In this document: piece by piece, positions 1-9,285 of the stretch
Position numbering within the stretch: position 1 is the stretch's first letter
Layout: each line of letters opens with the position of its first letter
Origin: Pseudomonadota bacterium
GTDB taxonomy: Bacteria > Pseudomonadota > Gammaproteobacteria > Steroidobacterales > Steroidobacteraceae
Reading direction: 5' to 3'
DNA length: 64,000 bases
Assembly: GCA_026398735.1 (NCBI GenBank)
Contig: JAPLSH010000014.1
Span: 145,697 to 209,696, forward strand
Translations under genes and position numbers: made by a program
Notes under the pieces: generated by a model
Told to the model about the DNA's origin: nothing
The model's database searches: none
The model's input: only the letters and a program-made list of their open reading frames with translations

Positions 1-1401
1 TTGGGCAAACGTATTGTGTCAGAAATGATAGTGCTGACTTTTTTGATGATCGTCCTTGCTTGCCTGTTTGCCTATTGGGTAGGGGATCGCGTGTCGCGTC
101 CCATCGAAGCGTTACGTGATGCGGGCCGTGATCTGCAAGCCGGAATGCCCGTGCTACCTATAGCCAGCGGAGTGAACGAACTTGCTGCCATCGGCTCTGC
201 GCTGGTAAAGGCTAGCGAGGCTAACCGGAACAGCACTGCGGTGATGAATCGTCGTATTGCAGAGGCGGTGGCGGCCACCGAGGCGACGCAGAAACAATTG
301 TTGCAAAGCCAAAAGCTAGAGACGGTAGGTCAGTTGGCCGGTGGCGTTGCGCACGATTTTAATAATGTGCTGCAAACGATCTCTACGGCTTTGCATGTGC
401 TGGGCGCACTGCCGCAACAAGTTGCGGCAAGACCGGTTATTGAGGCCGGTCAGCGTGCTGTGCAACGTGCTGCGCGCTTGGTGCGTCAACTGTTATCGCT
501 GGGGCGAACGCCGCCGCTTGAACCACAACCGACTGATCTGCGTGATCTGCTGCTGCAAATGCATGACTTGCTGTCTTGCACCTTGCCGCCGCAGTTGCGC
601 TTGCAAACCGATTTGACGCCAGAGCTTTGGTTAATTGAAGCTGATCCGGCGCAGCTTGAGGTGGCGCTGCTCAACCTGGTATTCAATGCTCGCGATGCCA
701 CGCTGGGCAAAGGTCTTGTGACTATCAGTGCCAACAACCAGTCCTCCAATGACGGGGATTGGGTTGTGATAACCGTACATGACAATGGTGAAGGCATTGC
801 GCCGCATGTGCTGCCGCGCATTTTTGAACCGTTTTTCACCACCAAGGAAGATGGTCGTGGCACCGGTTTAGGACTGGCGCAAGTGCGTCGGTTTGCATCG
901 TTGTCCCAGGGGACTGTCACTGCTGAAAGCATTTTGGGACAGGGCTCGAGCGTCAAATTGAGACTGCCTCGCGCGACTCGGGCTGTGTCCCAAAGTCTGC
1001 TCGATCAAGCTGCAGGACAATTGGCCGGCCCCTGTTGGCTGCTGTTTGTTGAGGATGATCTGCTGGTGGCGCAAGTAATCGTTCCTGCGCTGGAAAGTGC
1101 CGGATTTTCGGTCCTGCACGCGCGCAGAGGTGACGAGGCTTTGGCGATGCTTCGCGCCGGTACGCGCTTCGACTTGGTATTCTCCGATATCATGATGCCG
1201 GGTAGCGTGGATGGCTTGGCCTTGGCTCGGTGTCTGGCGCTGGATTGGCCGCATATTCCAGTGGTGTTGGCATCGGCATTTGCTAGCGACGTAGCGCAGT
1301 TGCCCGAGGTGCCAGTGCTCGTTAAGCCCTTTTCCATCCAGACTCTGGTCACTGCCCTAGTAGAAGCCCTAGCAAGACATGTCCGACCTTCCACCAATTG
1401 A
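1..1401 (+). CDS. hybrid sensor histidine kinase / response regulator, probably 5'-truncated by the window edge
   Basis: ORF open at nt 1. TM helix, H-box GGVAHDFNNVLQTI, N-box LNLVFNARDA, G-boxes DNGEGI and GTGLGLA, then a C-terminal receiver (LLFVEDD, FSDIMMPG, VKPF). Confidence 0.85.
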   Translation: MGKRIVSEMIVLTFLMIVLACLFAYWVGDRVSRPIEALRDAGRDLQAGMPVLPIASGVNELAAIGSALVKASEANRNSTAVMNRRIAEAVAATEATQKQLLQSQKLETVGQLAGGVAHDFNNVLQTISTALHVLGALPQQVAARPVIEAGQRAVQRAARLVRQLLSLGRTPPLEPQPTDLRDLLLQMHDLLSCTLPPQLRLQTDLTPELWLIEADPAQLEVALLNLVFNARDATLGKGLVTISANNQSSNDGDWVVITVHDNGEGIAPHVLPRIFEPFFTTKEDGRGTGLGLAQVRRFASLSQGTVTAESILGQGSSVKLRLPRATRAVSQSLLDQAAGQLAGPCWLLFVEDDLLVAQVIVPALESAGFSVLHARRGDEALAMLRAGTRFDLVFSDIMMPGSVDGLALARCLALDWPHIPVVLASAFASDVAQLPEVPVLVKPFSIQTLVTALVEALARHVRPSTN

Positions 1402-2209
1402 TCCTGCGCCCGCCGAGGGCGTCTCGACAACCTATCGCCGCGCTGATCGACGCGTCGCACTGGTGACCGGCGCGGGGTCAGGTGCCGGTGCAGCGATTGT
1501 CCATGCCTATGCTCAAGCCGGCATGCGCGTGGTGGTCTCCGATATCGACTACACGCTGGCTGGTTCCGTGGCGGCCGATGTTCGCAATCGAGGCGGCCAG
1601 GCGCTGGCTCATCGTTGCGATGTGGCAAGCCAAGAGCAAGTCGTGGCACTCATTGAGCGCGCCCAGCGCGACTTCGGCGCGATCTCTTGTGTTGTGAATA
1701 ACGCCGGGCCCTGTCTGGAAGACGCACCACTGGAGCATTGGTACCGTCTGGTCAGCGCAAATCTGCTGGGCACCTTGCTTGTTACGCGACATGCGCTCGA
1801 TGCCATGCAGGATCGAGGCGGTTCTATCGTCAATATTGGGGCCAGTATTGGCTTGGGTCTGGGTGCTGCGGCGCAGCCGGCTTATGCCGCGGCTAAGGCC
1901 GGCGTAATGCGCTTTACCGCAGCTATGCGCTTTGCTCATCAAGACCATGGCGTGCGCATCAATTGTCTGGTGCCAGACTGGATTGCTACCGAGTCGCGTT
2001 TGGCCTGGTTAGCAGGGTTGTCTGCAGAGCAGCGACAACACTGCGGTGTGCCTGATGTGCTTAGCACACCAGAGCAGGTCGCTCAGGCGGTATTGGCCCT
2101 ATCGCAGCGCCTGGATCATGCCGGGCGCGTGGTGTTGTGCCGTGCTGGTCAGCCGCTGCAACTGCTGCCCATTGAAGACGTGGGCTATGGACAGCTTGAG
2201 CCTTTTTGA
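1379..2209 (+). CDS. SDR family oxidoreductase
   Basis: Cofactor motif VALVTGAGSGAGAAI, NNAG, catalytic YAAAKAG (YxxxK). Overlaps the kinase gene by 23 nt. Confidence 0.85.
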   Translation: MSDLPPIDPAPAEGVSTTYRRADRRVALVTGAGSGAGAAIVHAYAQAGMRVVVSDIDYTLAGSVAADVRNRGGQALAHRCDVASQEQVVALIERAQRDFGAISCVVNNAGPCLEDAPLEHWYRLVSANLLGTLLVTRHALDAMQDRGGSIVNIGASIGLGLGAAAQPAYAAAKAGVMRFTAAMRFAHQDHGVRINCLVPDWIATESRLAWLAGLSAEQRQHCGVPDVLSTPEQVAQAVLALSQRLDHAGRVVLCRAGQPLQLLPIEDVGYGQLEPF

Positions 2210-3372
2210 TTTGGTCGACGTTACGGGAGTTTGTCTTGAAAGTGATCAATAGCATTGCCGATCTGCGTGAGATCGCCAAGCGTCGTGTACCACGCGCAAT
2301 CTTCCAATACCTCGACCATGGCTCTTACGATGAAGTCACATTGCGGCGCAATCGCAGCGACTTTGAGGCGCTGCAGTTTCGTCAGCGGGTGTTAGTAGAC
2401 GTAACTAAGCAATCAATGCAAAAGGACATTCTGGGTGTTCCGGCCAGCATGCCGCTGGTGCTGGCGCCGTGCGGGCTGACTGGCTTGGTACACCGTGACG
2501 GAGAAATCCTCGCAGCCCAGGCTGCCGAGGCCTTTGGTGTGCCGCTGTGTTTGAGCACGGTGTCCGTGTGTTCCATCGAAGATGTTGCCGCTGCCACCAA
2601 GGCTCCCTTCTGGTTCCAGCTCTATGTCATGAAAGATCGCGGGTACACAGGTGCATTGATCGATCGTGCAGAGGCTGCGGGCTGCCCGGTGTTGGTGCTC
2701 ACAGTCGATATTCCAGTGTCCGGACTGCGCCGGCGTGATGCCAAGAACGGCTTGGCTGTGCCGCCGCGTGTGACGTTCAGTAACCTCATCGATATGGCGA
2801 CCAAGCCCGCTTGGGTGGCTGGCGTGTTGATGAGCAAGCGCAAGACCTTTGGCAATCTGGCAGCGGCCATGCCCCATACCGGCGTGGCTACGTTGTCGCA
2901 GTGGATCGCTTCGCAGTTTGATGCCTCAGTCACGTGGAAGGACTTTGAGCAGATCCGGGCACGCTGGAAAGGCAAGTTGGTCATCAAGGGCATCCTTGAT
3001 GCCGATGATGCGCGTCGCGCAGTTGAGCTCGGTGCGGATGCCGTTATCGTCAGTAATCATGGCGGCCGTCAGCTCGATGGTGCGCCGTCCACCATCTCTG
3101 CACTGCCGCGTGTGGCCGAGGCTGTCGCCGGTCGCTCACAAGTGCTGCTCGACAGCGGTGTGCGCTGCGGTCAGGACGTGCTCAAGGCGGTGGCTTTGGG
3201 TGCCGATGCAGTGCTTATCGGCCGCAGCTATCTGTACGGGCTCGGTGCCGCGGGCAAGTCTGGTGTGACCTTGGCGCTAGAGATCCTTGCGCGTGAGTTG
3301 CAGGTGAGCCTGGCGCTCACCGGTTGCAACGATGTGCGCGAGGCGACGCCAGCAATCCTCTGCCGGGACTAA
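2206..3372 (+). CDS. FMN-dependent alpha-hydroxy-acid dehydrogenase/oxidase (L-lactate dehydrogenase / glycolate oxidase family)
   Basis: Family blocks FWFQLYV, SNHGGRQLD, GADAVLIGR. Start uncertain (TTG 2206, TTG 2236 or GTG 2242; GGGAG at 2225-2229). Confidence 0.85.
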   Translation: MIWSTLREFVLKVINSIADLREIAKRRVPRAIFQYLDHGSYDEVTLRRNRSDFEALQFRQRVLVDVTKQSMQKDILGVPASMPLVLAPCGLTGLVHRDGEILAAQAAEAFGVPLCLSTVSVCSIEDVAAATKAPFWFQLYVMKDRGYTGALIDRAEAAGCPVLVLTVDIPVSGLRRRDAKNGLAVPPRVTFSNLIDMATKPAWVAGVLMSKRKTFGNLAAAMPHTGVATLSQWIASQFDASVTWKDFEQIRARWKGKLVIKGILDADDARRAVELGADAVIVSNHGGRQLDGAPSTISALPRVAEAVAGRSQVLLDSGVRCGQDVLKAVALGADAVLIGRSYLYGLGAAGKSGVTLALEILARELQVSLALTGCNDVREATPAILCRD

Positions 3373-3391
3373 ACAGCCGCCGACGTCGTGG

Positions 3392-4372
3392 TTACATGAC
3401 TAGCGGCGTGGCGATGAACTGCACGCCGCGTTGGCCGCGCGGCACTTTGTTCTTGAATGCTGCTGGTTTTACGACCAGCACGTCGCAGGGCAGGGCATCG
3501 AGAATACGTTCTGCTGTGTTGCCGATCAGCAAGCGCTTGAGCCCGCTGCGCGAGATTGCGCCCATCACCACAATATCAGCGTGCAGCTTCTTGGCAGTAG
3601 CCGGTATTGCATCAACCGCATGCTTGGCGACCAGATGCCGGTTGGCGGTGCGAATATTGCTGCCCTTGAGTGCCTTGTCGATAGCGCTTTGAGCGTGACT
3701 GGCCGCCTCGACTTCGATGTAGGCAGACAGGTTGGGAAGATTTACATCCAAGCGGTCAATGTCCAAGGTTGCCGGTGCAAACGCATGCACTGCATGCAGA
3801 TCGCCCGTTAACGCTTTGGTGATGGCAGTGGCAGCATCGAGAATGCCTGCATCAAGCTTGGTTGGCTTGGCAAAGCTGTGCGACGGATCAATGGCCGCTA
3901 ACACCACGGGCTTGTCGTATTGGCCCTTGGTCTTGACCAGCAGCACCGGCACTGTTGCCTTGCGTAGCAGTTCCCAGTCGCTGAAACGCAGTGCCCAAGC
4001 GGCAATGTGCCGTGTGGCGTGACGCTCAGCCACGATCAGATCTGCTTTTGTACGCGAGGCACGACGCAGCACGGCCTCGAAGGCGGGGAAATCCCATTCG
4101 ACGCAGATTGCCACTTTGGTACCGGCTTCACGCAGCTTGGTGGCCACACGATCCAAGCGCTCGAGTTGCGAGTTCTTCCAAGTCTTCTGGAGTTGCCGCA
4201 CGCTTTGACCGGCCAGCGTTAGTGCATCCACATAGACCGGTTCGCATATAGCGTGGAAGAGCTCCAGTTCTGCGCCTGTCGCGCGTGCCAGTTGAGCTGC
4301 CTTTTGTACGGCAGGCATGCTGCGGGCACTGGTGTCTTTGATAGCAACAAGGATGCGACGGATTCTGGCCAT
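3392..4372 (-). CDS. tandem-domain universal stress protein (UspA family)
   Basis: 326 aa, two Usp-like halves. C-terminal ATP-binding-type block VVMGAISRSGLKRLLIGNTAE. Confidence 0.8.
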   Translation of the reverse strand: MARIRRILVAIKDTSARSMPAVQKAAQLARATGAELELFHAICEPVYVDALTLAGQSVRQLQKTWKNSQLERLDRVATKLREAGTKVAICVEWDFPAFEAVLRRASRTKADLIVAERHATRHIAAWALRFSDWELLRKATVPVLLVKTKGQYDKPVVLAAIDPSHSFAKPTKLDAGILDAATAITKALTGDLHAVHAFAPATLDIDRLDVNLPNLSAYIEVEAASHAQSAIDKALKGSNIRTANRHLVAKHAVDAIPATAKKLHADIVVMGAISRSGLKRLLIGNTAERILDALPCDVLVVKPAAFKNKVPRGQRGVQFIATPLVM

Positions 4373-4534
4373 GGTTAGCTCCTGGTTGGATACGCCGGCA
4401 TACCGCTGCCGGTCTGATGGCTATCAGTGTGCCGTCATTGAATATAGGGCTCCACCGGTGCAGTGCGGTACCTCTAAGTAGTTCTACTTGGGTACTCTTG
4501 GCAGACGGGCCGACCGGCCTTAGTGGAGTGCAAC

Positions 4535-5278
4535 ATGACAGGCAAAGTGGCGGTGGTGACGGGGGCGGGATCGGGCATCGGTCGCGCAGTGGGCATTGCG
4601 TTGGGTCAGGCTGGCTATGCGGTGGTGCTGGCAGGCCGGCGTCTCGAATTGCTGCACAGGGCGGCTGCCGAGGCTGGCGCACAGGCCTTGGCCGTACAGG
4701 CCGATGTCACCGAGCCTGGGCAGGTGCAGGCGCTTTTTGATAAGGCTGTGCAGGCATTTGGTCGGGTCGATGTGCTCTTTAACAACGCCGGTGCTGCACT
4801 GCCGCCGACACCGATTGAAGACTTGCCCTTCGAGGCCTGGCAACGGTTGGTCAACACCAACCTGACCGGCGTGTTCTTGTGTACGCAGGTAGCCATGCGT
4901 GTGATGAAGGCTCAGCAGCCACGCGGTGGCCGCATCATCAACAATGGTTCGATTGCCGCTTACACGCCGCGACCGCATCAAGGTGCGTATGCGGCTACCA
5001 AACACGCGGTCAGTGGCCTTACCAAAACCACTGCGCTGGAAGGGCGTCAGTACGACATTGCCTGCGGCCAGATCGACATTGGCAATGTGCAGACCGATCT
5101 TGGTATCCCGATGTCAGCCGGGGCCTTACAGGCCGATTTCACGCGCAGACCTGAGCCCACCTTCGATGTGAAGCACGTGGCTGATGCGGTGCTGTACATG
5201 GCAGGCCTGCCGTTGGATGCCAACGTGCTCAACATGACAGTCATGGCTACTGCGATGCCGTTTGTGGGTCGGGGCTAA
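4535..5278 (+). CDS. SDR family oxidoreductase
   Basis: [29 protein letters not shown] 4535 sits 6 nt after GGAG (4525-4528); the track start GTG 4523 is less likely. Confidence 0.85.
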   Translation: MTGKVAVVTGAGSGIGRAVGIALGQAGYAVVLAGRRLELLHRAAAEAGAQALAVQADVTEPGQVQALFDKAVQAFGRVDVLFNNAGAALPPTPIEDLPFEAWQRLVNTNLTGVFLCTQVAMRVMKAQQPRGGRIINNGSIAAYTPRPHQGAYAATKHAVSGLTKTTALEGRQYDIACGQIDIGNVQTDLGIPMSAGALQADFTRRPEPTFDVKHVADAVLYMAGLPLDANVLNMTVMATAMPFVGRG

Positions 5279-5281
5279 GTT

Positions 5282-6142
5282 ATGAAGCAACCCGTAGGCT
5301 TGTATCACGCTCCTGCTGGACACTGGGTTGGCGATGGCTTTCCGGTACGCAGCTTGTTCAGCTACGACCGGTTGGGTCGTCATGTCAGTCCTTTTCTGTT
5401 GTTCGACTATGCCGGGCCACAGCTGTTTGATCCCACGCAGCAGCGGCGTGGTGTGGGAGCTCATCCGCATAGGGGCTTCGAGACGGTGTCCATTGTCTAT
5501 GGTGGGGGCGTTGCGCACCGCGACTCGGCGGGCAACGGTGGCGTCATTGGTCCGGGTGATGTGCAGTGGATGACGGCTGGTTCCGGGCTGCTGCATGAGG
5601 AGTTTCACAGTGAGCAGTTCGCCCGTGAGGGTGGGCTGCTGGAGATGGTGCAGTTGTGGGTCAACCTGCCAGCTAGCGCCAAGTCTGTGCCACCGCGTTA
5701 TCAGACCATCGTCGATGCTCAGATTCCGGTGCTTGGGCTGCCGGGCGGCGCAGGTCAGGTCCGTTTGATAGCCGGTGAATGGCAAGGCCAGCGTGGACCT
5801 GCTGACACGCATACGCCCTTATGGGTGTGGGATGTGGCACTGGCGCTGGGGGCAGAGGTCGACTTCCCGGTACCGGCAGGCTGGAACGTAGTGGTGGCGT
5901 TGTTGCACGGTGAACTGGATGTAGGCGCTAGTCAGACCATGGGGCCGGCTGATATGGCGCTGTTTGATGCTAGCGCGGCAGGGCTGCGCCTGAAGGCCAA
6001 GGCCGATAGCCGGTTGGTATTGCTGGCGGGCGAGCCGATTGACGAGCCCATTGTCGGGTATGGGCCGTTTGTGATGAACACGCGAGCCGAGATCGAGGCC
6101 GCGTTTGCTGATTATCACGCCGGTGTGTACGGGCAAATGTAA
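5282..6142 (+). CDS. pirin family protein (bicupin)
   Basis: 286 aa, cupin metal motif HPHRGFETVS, 3 nt after the SDR stop. Confidence 0.9.
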   Translation: MKQPVGLYHAPAGHWVGDGFPVRSLFSYDRLGRHVSPFLLFDYAGPQLFDPTQQRRGVGAHPHRGFETVSIVYGGGVAHRDSAGNGGVIGPGDVQWMTAGSGLLHEEFHSEQFAREGGLLEMVQLWVNLPASAKSVPPRYQTIVDAQIPVLGLPGGAGQVRLIAGEWQGQRGPADTHTPLWVWDVALALGAEVDFPVPAGWNVVVALLHGELDVGASQTMGPADMALFDASAAGLRLKAKADSRLVLLAGEPIDEPIVGYGPFVMNTRAEIEAAFADYHAGVYGQM

Positions 6143-6156
6143 TGCCCCAAAAGAAA

Positions 6157-6181
6157 AAGGCCCGGGATAACCCGGGCCTTT
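6157..6181. terminator. bidirectional intrinsic terminator between pirin (+) and the RRM gene (-)
   Basis: Perfect 10-bp stem AAGGCCCGGG / CCCGGGCCTT with loop ATAA. A-run upstream and T-rich tract downstream. Confidence 0.75.
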
Positions 6182-6207
6182 CTGTAGCGCGTTAGCGCAG
6201 AGGCTGC

Positions 6208-6606
6208 TTACCAGCGGCCGCCGCCACCGCCGCCGCCGCCGTAGCCGCCACCGCCGCCGCTGTCGCCGCCACGGTAGCCGCCGCCGCCGCCGCCGCTGCC
6301 GCCGCGGTAGCCACCGCCACCGCCACCGCCGCCGCCGCCGCCGAAGCCACCACCACCGCCGCGCGGCTTGTCCTGGGCCTCATTGATGCGCAGGGCACGA
6401 CCGCCCAGCTGCTGGCCGTTCAGGCTCTCGATAGCGCGGGCTGCGTCAGCCTGTGCCATTTCCACGAAGCCGAAGCCACGGGGACGACCGGTCTCACGAT
6501 CGGTCGGCAGGGCCACTGAAACAACGTTGCCGTGCTGGGCAAACAGAGTGCGAAGTTCCTGCTCGGTAGCAGTAAAGGGCAGGTTGCCCACATAGATCTT
6601 GGTCAT
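6208..6606 (-). CDS. RRM-type RNA-binding protein with a Gly/Arg/Tyr-rich C-terminal tail
   Basis: RNP2 IYVGNL and RNP1 RGFGFVEM. Start taken at MTKIYVGNL (ATG 6606), not the track start 6627. Tail is GGGGGFGGGG..YRGG..YRGG..YGGG. Confidence 0.9.
   Translation of the reverse strand: MTKIYVGNLPFTATEQELRTLFAQHGNVVSVALPTDRETGRPRGFGFVEMAQADAARAIESLNGQQLGGRALRINEAQDKPRGGGGGFGGGGGGGGGGGYRGGSGGGGGGYRGGDSGGGGGYGGGGGGGGRW
6211..6360 (-). repeat. about 150 nt of near-pure GGN (GCC on the + strand) triplet repeat encoding the glycine tail
   Basis: Runs of gccgccgcc / accgccacc on the + strand. They also generate the spurious poly-Ala ORF 6192..6398. Confidence 0.85.
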
Positions 6607-6843
6607 GAAAAACTCTCTCGGTAACAAAACGAATGAACTGTCATAAAATGCAGGAACAGCAAGCGAAGTCAGGGAGAGAGCGTCTCACGAGCCATCGGAG
6701 TGAATCCTGTCACTTGACCGCTGCAAGGCATCTTTATATGCCAAAAAAGCAGGCGATCTCGGCCAGAATATCCCATTTGCGGCCGAGGTGCAGTTTTTTT
6801 GCGTTAAAGTTCGCTCAAATCGACACGTTCAGGGGCGAAACAC

Positions 6844-8319
6844 ATGGCAGATTTTTCAAAAACGGCCACCGGCCGCGGCTATAACGCGCCGATGCGTTTC
6901 GAAGCCGACATCGACGACTGTGAGGTTGTCGGCAAGCTGCCTTCTGACCTCGATGGTGCCTTTTTCAGAGTCGGCGGCGAATGGTACTACCCGCCCTTGA
7001 GCCCGGACGATGCGCCGCTTAATTCCGACGGCTTCATCAGTTCCTTCCGTTTCAAGTCCGGCAAAGTCGATTTCCACAATCGCTGGATACATACCCATCG
7101 TTTTGAAGAGCAGCGCAAGGCGCGCCGCCAGCTGTACGGCAATTATCGAAATCCCTATACCGATGATCCGTCGGTGCGTGATCCTCTGCATCCCAATTTG
7201 CGTACGGTGTCCAACACTGCGCCGGTAGTGCATGCCGGCAAACTGTTTTCGCTCAAGGAAGACGGGCTGCCTTACCAGATTGACCCCAACACGCTTGCCA
7301 CCAAAGGCACATGGGACTTTCAGGGTAAGTGGAAGAGCCAAACCTTTGCGGCGCATCCCAAGATTGATCCGCTGACGGGTGAGATGATTGCGCTGGGCTA
7401 CGAGGCAACAGGGCTGCTGAGTGATGATGTGTTTATTTACACCATCGACAAGAGCGGCTCGGTCAAACGCGAGGTGCGCATCAAGCAGCCCTATGTCAGT
7501 TTGATTCATGACATGGCGATAACGCACAAGCACATCATCCTGCCGTTCGGCGGTTATGTGACCAGCAAGGAACGACTGGCTGAGGGAAAAGTGCATTGGG
7601 GTTGGGATCAGACCAAGCCCAGTTATATCGGTGTGCTGCCGCGCGATGGTGATGCGAAGGATCTGCGCTGGTTCAAGGGTCCAGAGCGCTGCATGATGCA
7701 TGTGTTCAACGCGCATACCGAGGGCAACAAAGTCATCCTCTACGCGCCGTTTTACGACTCCAACTTCTTCCCCTTCTTTCCTCCGATCGACGGCTCGCCC
7801 TGGAACCCGGCCAAGGCCAGAGCCTTCATCCGCAAGATCACGTTGGATCTGGACTCCAAGTCCGACGGTTGGCAGGAGGAGATTCTCTGGCCGACGCAGG
7901 TTGTGGATCTAGGCAAGGTGGATCCGCGCGTCGTTAGTCTGCAGTCTCGCTACCTGTACACCTCGTACAGCGATGCCTCCAAGCCCTATGACCGCGATGC
8001 CAGTGGCCCCGGTGCGCCGGCCCGCACGAACAATAGCTACATGCGTTTTGACATTGCCACCGGCAAGGTGGAGTCGCTGTTTGCTGGCCCCACACACAAT
8101 TTGCAGGAGCTTAGCTTCGTGCCGCGGGGGCGTGGTGAGGAAGGAGTTGGCTACATTGTCGGCGTGGCCGCCAACTATGCCGAAATGCGTTCTGAGCTGA
8201 TCGTGGCAGATGCGCAGCGGCTGGGTGAGGGCGAGATCGCGCGTGTCATCCTGCCGTTCAGGCTCAACAGCCAAGTGCACGGCGTCTGGGCTGACGCCAA
8301 AGAGTTGCCTTTTAAGTGA
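6844..8319 (+). CDS. carotenoid oxygenase family protein (carotenoid/stilbene cleavage dioxygenase-like)
   Basis: 491 aa. Four His-ligand contexts typical of the RPE65/CCO fold: FAAHPKIDP, LIHDMAIT, MMHVFNAH, SQVHGVW. Confidence 0.8.
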   Translation: MADFSKTATGRGYNAPMRFEADIDDCEVVGKLPSDLDGAFFRVGGEWYYPPLSPDDAPLNSDGFISSFRFKSGKVDFHNRWIHTHRFEEQRKARRQLYGNYRNPYTDDPSVRDPLHPNLRTVSNTAPVVHAGKLFSLKEDGLPYQIDPNTLATKGTWDFQGKWKSQTFAAHPKIDPLTGEMIALGYEATGLLSDDVFIYTIDKSGSVKREVRIKQPYVSLIHDMAITHKHIILPFGGYVTSKERLAEGKVHWGWDQTKPSYIGVLPRDGDAKDLRWFKGPERCMMHVFNAHTEGNKVILYAPFYDSNFFPFFPPIDGSPWNPAKARAFIRKITLDLDSKSDGWQEEILWPTQVVDLGKVDPRVVSLQSRYLYTSYSDASKPYDRDASGPGAPARTNNSYMRFDIATGKVESLFAGPTHNLQELSFVPRGRGEEGVGYIVGVAANYAEMRSELIVADAQRLGEGEIARVILPFRLNSQVHGVWADAKELPFK

Positions 8320-8325
8320 CGGTAA

Positions 8326-8351
8326 GCTGGGCAGCATTGCTGCTGCCCAGC
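8326..8351. terminator. perfect 11-bp hairpin between convergent genes (probable bidirectional terminator)
   Basis: GCTGGGCAGCA-TTGC-TGCTGCCCAGC, 7 nt after the oxygenase stop and 8 nt before the hemF stop. No U-run. Confidence 0.55.
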
Positions 8352-8358
8352 CCGGTCG

Positions 8359-9285
8359 TCAGGCCAGCCAGTCCTTACCGCGCAGTGTCGTGAGGTAGGG
8401 CAGCAGTTGGGCGTCTAACTCTGCGCTGGGCGATTCATAGGCCCAGCGCACCTCTGGCGGCATGGACATCAGGATGGAATTGGTGCGACCGCCGGACTGC
8501 AAGCCAAAGTGCGTGCCGCGGTCGAAAACCAAGTTGAACTCCACATAGCGGCCGCGGCGATGCAGTTGGTATTCGCGCTGCGCTGAAGTCCAGGCAATGC
8601 CTTGGCGACGATCCACTATGGTTTTGTAGACATCACCAAAGCCGTTGCCTACTGCTTGCATGAAGCCAAAGCATTGTTCCCAGGGCATGCCCAGCTCTGG
8701 CGTCTCTTCGTTTAAGTCGTCATAAAAGATGCCACCGATGCCACGGGCTTCACCGCGATGCTTGAGATAAAAATATTCATCGCAGATGGCACGGGTTTGG
8801 GCGTATAGCGTCTGGCCGTACGGGGCACAGGCATCACGCGCGGCTGTATGCCACGCAATGACATCTTCTTCGTAGGGTAGATACGGCGTCAGATCAAAGC
8901 CGCCACCGAACCACCAGGCGTCGCCGGCATTGAAGAAGCGTACGTTGGCGTGTGCCGTGGGCGCATGCGGATTGCGTGGATGCATCACTACCGATACACC
9001 CATCGCGCGCCACTCGCGGCCAGCCAGATGCGGATTGCGCGCGGTAGCGGCCGGCGGCAGCTTGTTGCCGCGTACGTCCGACAAGGCAACGCCGCCGCGT
9101 TCCATGGTGGGGCCGTTTTCCTGCACCGCCGTGATACCGCGACCTTGCATCGACTCGGCCGATGCCGGTCGAGTCCACTCATCGCGACGGAACTCTCCGC
9201 CAAAGCTGCTGGTCAGATCGCGTTGCAATTGCAGTAGGAAGGCATAGACGGCCTCGCTGCGGGCATCTGCTATCGCCGTGCTCAT
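8359..9285 (-). CDS. hemF: oxygen-dependent coproporphyrinogen III oxidase
   Basis: HRRGRYVEFNLVFDRGTHFGLQSGGRTNSILMSMPP closely resembles the E. coli HemF core as I recall it. The start overlaps the upstream stop (ATGA). Confidence 0.92.
   Translation of the reverse strand: MSTAIADARSEAVYAFLLQLQRDLTSSFGGEFRRDEWTRPASAESMQGRGITAVQENGPTMERGGVALSDVRGNKLPPAATARNPHLAGREWRAMGVSVVMHPRNPHAPTAHANVRFFNAGDAWWFGGGFDLTPYLPYEEDVIAWHTAARDACAPYGQTLYAQTRAICDEYFYLKHRGEARGIGGIFYDDLNEETPELGMPWEQCFGFMQAVGNGFGDVYKTIVDRRQGIAWTSAQREYQLHRRGRYVEFNLVFDRGTHFGLQSGGRTNSILMSMPPEVRWAYESPSAELDAQLLPYLTTLRGKDWLA

Noticed and set aside
6192-6398. Poly-Ala ORF (..AAAAVAVAVATAAAAAAAAAATVAATAAA..).
   Set aside because: It is an alternative reading frame, on the same strand, of the GGN repeat that encodes the glycine tail of the RRM protein. 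The RRM frame has canonical RNP1/RNP2 motifs.
6633-6884. 83-aa ORF in the AT-rich spacer upstream of the carotenoid oxygenase.
   Set aside because: No ribosome-binding site and atypical composition. It runs into the oxygenase start in another frame, and the region is better explained as regulatory or UTR sequence.
6856-7716. 286-aa ORF antisense to the carotenoid oxygenase gene. Similar long antisense or alternative-frame ORFs occur at 12503-13495, 20060-20947, 30708-31541, 32889-33689, 48676-49590 and 58348-59247.
   Set aside because: Each lies entirely inside a gene with strong family motifs. Their translations are Arg/His/Gln-rich with no recognisable motifs. Long stop-free shadow frames are expected in GC-rich DNA.
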